64,000 nucleotides of DNA from the human T2T-CHM13v2.0 reference genome, Homo sapiens, in NCBI RefSeq assembly GCF_009914755.1, contig NC_060927.1. One strand, written 5' to 3'. Each line of letters starts with the position of its first letter. Within the stretch, counting starts at the first letter, position 1. The notes under the pieces were generated by a model that was not told the DNA's origin, ran no database searches, and worked only from the letters and a program-made list of their open reading frames with translations. This document shows, piece after piece, positions 38,841 through 64,000 of the stretch. A program made the position numbers and the translations under genes.

Positions 38841-39639
38841 TGTGCCCGTTTTACCAACTGCTGCAGCTGCTGCTGGTTTTCTCATCCCCTCGGCTGAACC
38901 ACCAGCCCCTCCCTCAGCACCTGGAAGGAGAAATCTGGCGTCTTGCTGGCGGGCTACTGCCCTGCAGCACCTCCATGGCTCCCTGGCTGATAACATAGGG
39001 GTGTTGTAAACTTACATTTCTGTGGTTTTCTGCTCATGTTGTTTCTCCCCAGACTTTTCTCCCATCTGCTTCTGTGTTATCTTTTGTTACGATGACAGGG
39101 AGTGGTCCCTGCCTGCCCTGGCAGGCACCTGCCTCCCTGGCCAAGCCCCAGCCCAGGAAGTTGCTCATGCTGGGCCCTCCAGGTTCTGAGAAAACTTTCA
39201 GGGATTGGGGTAGGGAAGAAAATAGGTGAAAACCCTCTCTCCTCTGCAAGCTTATTTCTTTGGCCTGGCCTGTCTTTAACCTGCACAGTTTATGTGTAGA
39301 CAAGTCTCCCGGTGCGGGCCCAGCAGGCAGGTGACAGCCGCCCTTGCGGGAGTCATCCTTAACCAAGCAGTTTCAGAAATGTTTCTTGAGAAACTGTTTC
39401 CGGAAGTCCCGGAGCCTGTGTTGCCCATTGACAAGCCTTGTCGGTCTCAGAAGACAGACTCCGGGGGTCTACATCCAGAGACCCGGCTGAGGACTGAAGC
39501 CCGGGGTTTCCAAGCGGCTGCCTTCTCCGTCCTGCAGCAGGGTGCGAGTCAACCGCCCTGGCTAAGGGAGCAAGGAACCCCCGCCATGCTGTGTCCCCTC
39601 CCCCCATTCCCCGAATGCCCGTCTGTTCAAAGAGGGTGA

Positions 39640-42347
<2,708 letters not shown>

Positions 42348-42524
42348 GGAATGGAGAAAACATAGCCATAGCTCTGGGAGTAGGAACAGAAGCAAGCAAG
42401 CTGACTGCCAGTCGGGTTCTTTCTTCTGGAAAAGGCTCTGGGTTGAAGCTGTCTTCTCTCTGAGGCTCAAGAAGCTGGGCATGGAATTAACTCCGTCAAC
42501 CAAAAATACAGTTCTAAGTCCCAC

Positions 42525-43052
42525 CCCCCAACCATCTGAATGGACTTTCTCCTTGGCCAGGGCGCTCTTAAAATGTAACCTCAGAGACCGGTTCCGGCCA
42601 GGAACGGGAAGTGCCTCATTATACCCGCTGGCATTAACATCAACACCGACCTTACTGATAAGAATCATTTACCATCTATTCTCTGAAGCCTGCGACCTTT
42701 TCTCTCCATAATCCCTTATCTTAACCCAGACATTTCCTTTCTATTGATTCCAGGTTTTTAGATAAACTCAACCAATTGTCAACAAGAAAATTTGTAAATC
42801 TACCTATAAGCCGGAAGCGCCCCCCACCTTCGAGTTGTCCCACCTTTCTGGACCGAACCAACGTATTTTTTAAACATACTTGATTGAAGTCTCATGTCTC
42901 CCTAAAATGTATAAAACCAAGCTGCACCCTGACCACCTTGCACACATGTTCTTGGACCTCCTGAGGGCTGTGTCAGGGGCCATGGTCACTCATATTTGGC
43001 TCGGAATAAATCTCTTTAAATATTTTTGAAAATAGTTTGTCTCTTCGTAGAC
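42525..43052 (+). mobile_element. MER4-group (ERV1) solo LTR
   Basis: ctcaaccaattgtcaacaagaaaat...aaaatgtataaaaccaagctgcaccctgaccaccttg...gccatggtcactcatatttggctcggaataaatctc, ending in ...gaca. Confidence 0.8.
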
Positions 43053-43738
43053 AATTCTGTGGGCTTGCAGGTATCGCCCCTGGTCAGCGGTGTATTCAGT
43101 CGCTGTGCCATCCCCCATGTGGCTACAAGAACAAAAGCACCTTCTTAAGCCCAAGTGATACAGTGGTTACTCCCATGAGTCCTTGGACACCTTCACCAAA
43201 CGGCACTAGTAAGTGGCTCCTCCAGGCCGGGAGGAACGGAGAAGGCACAATACCAGCTTGGCTCACTACTCCAGGAGACCCCTGGGGTAAGGGGCTTGAG
43301 CACAGGCTCACCACTTCCCCACCACCGCCACCCTTATTTGGTCTGTGAAACTCCAGGGGGAGTCTTTATGGGAAGATGCATTCCTTCCAATATGTCATCG
43401 AGTGCTTACTTAGCCATCTCCTTTTCAAGACCTGGGTCTACTTGCTGGCCCCTGAACTGCTCCACACCCTTCTGTGCCTTCTGATTGTCCACGTGCTCAA
43501 CTTGTTGGAACATAGGAGATAAGCTATCTAGGGTTCCGGCCTCTCCCTGAGACAGGTAGAGACTGCGTGATCAGGTGCTGAGGGGCTGCTATGTTCCGGA
43601 GGTCAGGTGACATTCCACCTGAGGCCTGGGGACATGGCATTCTATATTGACTGCTGTCGCTGTTCTCGCTGATGCTGGTTTGGTGTAAGAGATGATAAGA
43701 AAGCATCTTCCCTACGAATTGCAGGGAAGCAATTCTGG

Positions 43739-45694
<1,956 letters not shown>

Positions 45695-45762
45695 TAACAC
45701 CTCCTTTTTTAACTAAAAATATCCTGACCCACTAGTAATGAGACTAACATTATTTTAAAGTG

Positions 45763-45768
45763 TTTATT
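45763..45768 (-). terminator. Probable distal polyadenylation signal of TFDP2
   Basis: TTTATT on + (AATAAA on -); further candidates at 46165-46170 (AATAAA) and 53098-53103 (ATTAAA). Confidence 0.6.
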
Positions 45769-46411
45769 TTTTTCTATAATACATTTCATTCAAATCATAA
45801 AAGTCTGATACATTTTTTTCTCAAGAACAACTTACACTCATTTGAGATGCTTTTTCTTTCCTTTAATCTTATAGGATGGACAAAGATACACTTTAATGGA
45901 CAAAAAACACCAGAGTTCATTACAAATACAGCTTCCCAGGCCCCACCTCCAGCACTTCTGACTGAGCGTCTGGGACGCATCCTAGGATCGCAAAACTGTA
46001 AAATTCCCCCAGTCAACTCCACGGCAGGCAGGCCTGGAACCACCCTTAGTGGAACACTGCTTAGGACTTGTCTGTTATCTACCAGAAGCAATTTCAGAAA
46101 ATCAGGAGTAATTACGTATACAGAAATAGCTCTTCTATAAAATTTCCATATAAAAATAATGGTATTTATTTACAAAGTCTGAGATACTACAAAATAATAT
46201 ATCATATTAGGTTGTGTACTTCAATCTAATAGAGGAAAGTCTACATTGGGCAAGTCAGATGTGGTGGTTGCATTTTCCTCTTATCTCTCTTGTTTAAATT
46301 GCTTAAAGCATGTGGCACCACGATGTATCCTTCATGCAGAAAAAAGGAGAACTATATTTTCTGGAAATAAAACCCAATAGCACATAGTCAGAGTAAAGCA
46401 TTTTCAGATGA

Positions 46412-51432
<5,021 letters not shown>

Positions 51433-53838
51433 CATGGTTTCCTAACACTGCCTCACTTTGATCTTGTGTGAAATTGTGACTCAGTGCTGAGCTTTAGACC
51501 CAGATAAATGTTGAGGGGGAATACAGAAGAGAATTGACCTTTCTGAACAGCTCAACCTAGTTTCTAAAGGCAAGATTTTACTCCAGCGACATGTACTGGT
51601 GACCATGATGTCACTCTGTGAGCTGGCCTCACCAGTAACCCAAACACAACGCTGAGGAAGGAGACCATTTCCCACCAACAGCACACACCTATGGCTGGGG
51701 TGGCCAATGATGGGGCACCAATAAGGATAAGAGTCTTTGGCGGCTTTCTTTTTTTGAGCCCATATTTTATCAATTTAAAGCATGAGAGCAGCAGAGATGG
51801 AGAGTAGAGAAAAAAACAGGTTTCCCAAGAACTCTGGCAAGAATGTTGCTACTTGGTGAAGGAATGGTTATCATTAGTGCACCTGTCTTAAATCCTGAAA
51901 TGCATCTTGGGACCTGCAGTTCAATATTTTGAAGACTACAAAGGTAGCAGTGGCTGTTGGCCTCTCCAGGTCCCTGCTGGGTCCCAGAGATGAGAAAGGG
52001 TGGAGTTAGTAAAAGAGGAGGCTGCCCCTTAAAGGACAGTTTGGTTTGGAGGGAAATCCCAATCCGTGCAGCTGAAAGATTCCCTGCAGGCCCCTGGGGA
52101 CCTGCTGTCACCTCCCCAGTGTTCCTGACTGGTCTGAGAGGTGTGCTCCAGAACCCACGATAAGACCGAGTTCTCTAGAAACTGCCTCTATCTCTGAGTC
52201 TGTACTATGGCTTATTTCTGACAGAATGAAACTTTTGTATCAAAGGAGCTTCAGCTAAAGTTGAATGTTTTTCTTTCTCAGTTTTTATGGCCTTATTAAA
52301 CATGTTTAGCTAGCCAAAGCTTCCTCCTCCTCACCATGCTCAGTGTTAGCATGGTGGTGAGGCTATAAAGAGGCACCACAGGAAGGAGCCTGCACTTCCC
52401 CCATGGGATTTAAAAAAGAACCAATTTGGGCCATGCTTGGTGCATCTAGCATAATCTTGGGACAAATCCACATGATTCAGGTCAAAGTTTTGGAGTTAAT
52501 TCTCCCATTATTATTTGCTCCTTTCCAAAGCCTTAATGTGAAATTCAGTCAGGGTCTGGCCATGGTGGCAGGTGTCCCTACACTCTTTCATTCAGAGAAG
52601 GAGCAGCTGTGAATACACCACTGCAGTATTTCTAATGACATCTTGAGCCATAAACAACATAACTGCACTACCATATATCCAGGCAGTAGGAGTGTTCAAC
52701 GTTTTCTAGTGTTTCTGTGAAACACTAAATATTGGATTAGTTTGAAATGCAATTGACCCCAGGAGTAGGCTCAATAAGGTCATTCTGATTAATGAAAATG
52801 TGAAAAAAGGTGACATGTACAAGGAAACACTGCTGTTCATATTCTTGAAATAGACTTTTCTTTAAGACAAAAGTAATGACATTTGGTTCATTTTCACAAA
52901 TTGCACACTGGGTGAGATCATACAATTACTGCAGGGAACTGTAGGCAAGCAATTTGGTCATAGGAATTTGTTTCTTTGTCTTGTTTTAAATGAAAAAGCT
53001 ATATGAAATGCATAGCTTTGATTAACCTAAAGATACAGTTTCCTTCTTTGTAAAACTCCAGATTTAGGATGCTGGCAAAGGCAGTGCTGGCAAAGTATTT
53101 AATGCACATGGAAATGCTATTCTATTTTGGCTTCCAGAAGTAGCCCTAGTAAATTCTATGCACCAATGCATTGGCTAATAATAATTTCAGTTTTACTATA
53201 AATTATCTAAATGTCACTTAAGTACTTAAGAAGTAGCGCTCGCTCCTTTCTAGAAGCTGTCTAAGGCAGCTGATGCGTAAAGCACCTCATCTAGACCTCC
53301 AACTAGTTCAGCAGTTCAATCTGTGCCCCTCAGCCACAGGACTGCCCTCAGTATCCCTCACTACACAGCTCCCCTCTCCTGGGGACTTTTCATGTTCATT
53401 TCTGCCTTGTCAAAGGCAGTCCAGGCAAGGAAGAGAAACGTCAGAAACACGATCGTCAAGGACTGCTCCGTGTAGCAATCTCAATTCTAAGAATAATTAC
53501 ATGGGTGTGAGGAACACAAAAATCCCACCTCACAGAAGATAAATGAGTTGCACTCACACTGCCAACTCTTCAGGGATTATCCCCACTATCTCCTCAGAAA
53601 GCATGCTTTCTTTGTTATATCATCTACTGCTCTGTTGGCCAGACTTTCATTCACACTATGTTAACTTTCATCTCAATCATCTCAGCCTTCATGTGATTTG
53701 CTTATTGTGTTTCTCTAGTTTTCACTGAACACACAGTGCAAACAAAGGCAAAGACTGAAGCAATCATTTCAAAAACAAGAGCTCACACTACAAACACACA
53801 TGAGCATCACATATTGAAACGTAGGCTTTCTCTTGTCT

Positions 53839-54022
53839 TTATTCTGGGGAGGAGGAATCCTCCTCATCATCTTCCTCATCTTCATCATTGAACGAACAGG
53901 GGGTCTCGCCTCGGGACTCGGAGCAGTGAGAGGCCGCACTGCTGGACTGGTGACTGTTTGGGGCCAGGAACTGCCCAGTTGCTAAGGCCACTTCTGCATC
54001 CAAGCATAACCCTTGGTTTACA
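53839..54022 (-). CDS. TFDP2: TFDP2 last exon coding part (acidic tail), to TAA
   Basis: tttgctag|T; (S)VNQGLCLDAEVALATGQFLAPNSHQSSSAASHCSESRGETPCSFNDEDEEDDEEDSSSPE*. Confidence 0.96.
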
Positions 54023-54236
54023 CTAGCAAACAATTAAAAACACACAGGCTCATTAATGTGGTATAAACAGTTTTGTAAAACATAGGAATAAAAACAGGAA
54101 GGAGGTGCCATTGGTGAGATCTGCCACAAACCTGCTCAGCAGGACCTGTGCTGGCAGTAACATGACCCCGGCTCACCCCTACACAGACAGTCAGGGCTCT
54201 GGGGTTTGCCTTTCTAACCCTGAAAAAAATACGTAC

Positions 54237-54342
54237 CTTGACTGGGGTAAGGTGGCACCAGTGGTCAGGTCTAAATTTGAAACTGATTGGGTAGAGTTCA
54301 GAAGTAGTCCCTGATTTAACCAAGAAGGTCCTGTGGAGATAT
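54237..54342 (-). CDS. TFDP2: TFDP2 penultimate exon
   Basis: cctttag|AT...CAAG|gtacgt; 106 bp; (D)ISTGPSWLNQGLLLNSTQSVSNLDLTTGATLPQS; phases consistent on both sides. Confidence 0.95.
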
Positions 54343-54950
54343 CTAAAGGAAAAAATGAGAACAAAAAATGTCGGTCCTGCAAGTTCTGTGGCTGCTGTTG
54401 TTACAGTCTGAGGAAAGCACAGAAAAGCAAGAGCTAAGCTTATTCTTCATGACAGCTAGACAATTCTCTTGCTGTGACAAGAACCCAGGTTTCTTCATCT
54501 TCTTGGAAGAAAAAAAAATTTCTAGAACATAAGAGCAGGAAAAAAAAAATACGGGAAGGCAGCTTACGGAGAGAAGGTATTCAAATGAAAACACTCAAAG
54601 GCACTTTCTTACTCTTTTTCTTAGATAAGCCCTCCAGAGCACAGCCCATGGGATACATCCCAGTGTACCACCCTCAATGCCTTCTGCCCTCAGCACAAAA
54701 GACCTGGACTGTGGTGTTGAGAGCCAAAGCCAGAAGTGGGAAAAGAGAAAATCAAATCAGAAATACATGAGGTAAGAAGGCCACCCTGCTTAGAGGGCAG
54801 ACAGACATGTTTTGGCCAAAACCCCCGCCGCAATGTCTTTTCAGGTGCCTGCTGCTGGTGAACTCAATGCTGCTACTCATCAAATATCTATTCTTTTTCC
54901 TGACAAGATTTTTCCTGGTGTCTGTTGCTTTCTAATTCAAACTAGCTCTT

Positions 54951-55124
54951 ATTTTATTTTTTTTATTATTATTATACTTTAAGTTTTAGGGTACATGTGC
55001 ACAATGTGCAGGTTAGTTACATATGTATACATGTGCCATGCTGGTGTGCTGCACCGATTAACTCGTCATTTAGCATTAGGTATATCTCCTAATGCTATCC
55101 CTCCCCCCTCCCCCCACCCCACAA
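54951..55124 (-). mobile_element. 5'-truncated young L1 (L1PA2/3-like) 3' end
   Basis: ttatactttaagttttagggtacatgtgcacaatgtgcagg...attaactcgtcatttagcattagg; 17-bp TSD aactagctcttatttta (54940-54956 and 55123-55139). Confidence 0.93.
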
Positions 55125-55214
55125 CTAGCTCTTATTTTAAAAAGGTCACATGCAGTCATGTTTTTAATGAGGCAGACACAGACGTTACTGTTTTAGTCTA
55201 CAGAAAATAGTTTG

Positions 55215-57437
<2,223 letters not shown>

Positions 57438-57569
57438 TAGTCAAATTGTATCTACAAAATATGTAATATTTTCAGGAATTAGGAAAATCAGGAAGATTTC
57501 TAAATTAGTGAAAAAAATCTTAATTATAGGACATGTAAAACATAGTGCTTCTGTTTTCAAGTATACTCA

Positions 57570-59320
<1,751 letters not shown>

Positions 59321-59329
59321 AAAGCTACA

Positions 59330-60030
59330 ATGGTATCATTTCAGACCCACCTGATTAGGAAAATAGAACACTTCTACTCTGCTGGGGAACGTGTAATTTG
59401 GTAAAATCAAATTGAAAATTTTTGGTATCATCTAGTAAAGCTGAAGATGTACCCAACTCTGACCTAACAAGTTCAATCTGTACGTTTGCATGTGGTCACT
59501 GGGATACATGTATAGGAATGTTCAAAGCAGCACTGTATTTTAACATCAAGCAATCGGAAACAAACAGTTTATTTTCAGTAAAATAAACAGATAAGCTGTG
59601 ATGTATTCATATAATGGAATTTTACACAGGAGTAAGAATGTATGAATTATATCTATATTAAATCACATGGATGACTCTAAAGAACATAATATCGAGTGAA
59701 AAAAAATCAAATCACCAAAGAGTATATTACTATGACTTCACTTATATAGAGGCCAGAAGTAGGCAAAACTAAATAATACATTATTTCCAGTTTACCATTT
59801 TGGTTTATCTCTAAAGAAATGCAAGTGAATGACAATGAAATGTAAGAGAATGGTTATATTTGAGGGGTGGGAAAGGGCACAGAGCCTGGGGCAGGGGCAT
59901 GCAGTGGACTGGAACAGTAATGTGCTTTCCTCAGCTGGGTGCTGGATTCATGGGGGTCTACTGTACTGTGACCCTTCAGAGTCTACAGACGTAAACAACC
60001 TTTGTATCTACTCAGTATTTAATAAGAACA
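59330..60030 (+). mobile_element. Older L1M 3' fragment
   Basis: atctagtaaagctgaagatg...aatgttcaaagcagcactgt...aggcaaaactaaataata. Confidence 0.6.
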
Positions 60031-60274
60031 ATTTAAGACTGGGGAAAGAGGAAGAAGGAACAGTAAATATGGTCAACTTGAGAAGTTTTACTGTAAAGAG
60101 GAGCAGCGTACACAAATGTGAATCCAGGTTTACCCCGTTCTGCCCTTTTTTCCCCTGACATTTAAACTTTCAGTCCACTCCTCCTCTCTGAATTCAATTA
60201 ATCAAATGTTTTTATGTATGGGCAGATAATAGATATACTAAATTTTCCATTAGAGGGAAGTAGGATGTACCTAC

Positions 60275-63998
<3,724 letters not shown>

Positions 63999-64000
63999 GT

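Noticed and set aside
45760-46140. Overlapping non-Alu ORFs on both strands (126 aa +, 98 aa -)
   Set aside because: Start at GTG and TTG, no recognisable domain, and lie in the TFDP2 3' UTR; consistent with chance.
52329-52362. Hairpin with a CAGTGT loop resembling an iron-responsive element
   Set aside because: The loop motif is on the + strand, antisense to TFDP2 mRNA, and the loop has an extra base.

Overview
Primate (very likely human, chr3q23) genomic DNA, not a microbial accessory region. The + strand carries exons 2-7 and the 3' UTR of ATP1B3 (Na+/K+-ATPase beta-3). The - strand carries the last three coding exons and an approximately 8 kb 3' UTR of TFDP2 (E2F partner DP-2). The genes converge across about 18 kb of Alu-saturated DNA. 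I identified both genes by translating GT-AG bounded exons and recognising the proteins from memory, not by database search. The rest is dozens of Alus, old and young L1 fragments, MaLR/ERV LTRs, MER DNA transposons, L2/MIR, microsatellites and a U6 snRNA pseudogene. Almost all ORFs in the supplied track are Alu or chance artefacts. I see no evidence of a new biological system. The most interesting details are: an Alu-monomer/U6 composite inside one apparent target-site duplication; a possible stop-free exon 2-3 circle of ATP1B3; inverted Alus in the TFDP2 3' UTR; a TFDP2 stop codon embedded in AATAAA; an AT-rich palindrome; and several unusual Alu rearrangements. Exon coordinates are base-exact; repeat boundaries and subfamily names are approximate.
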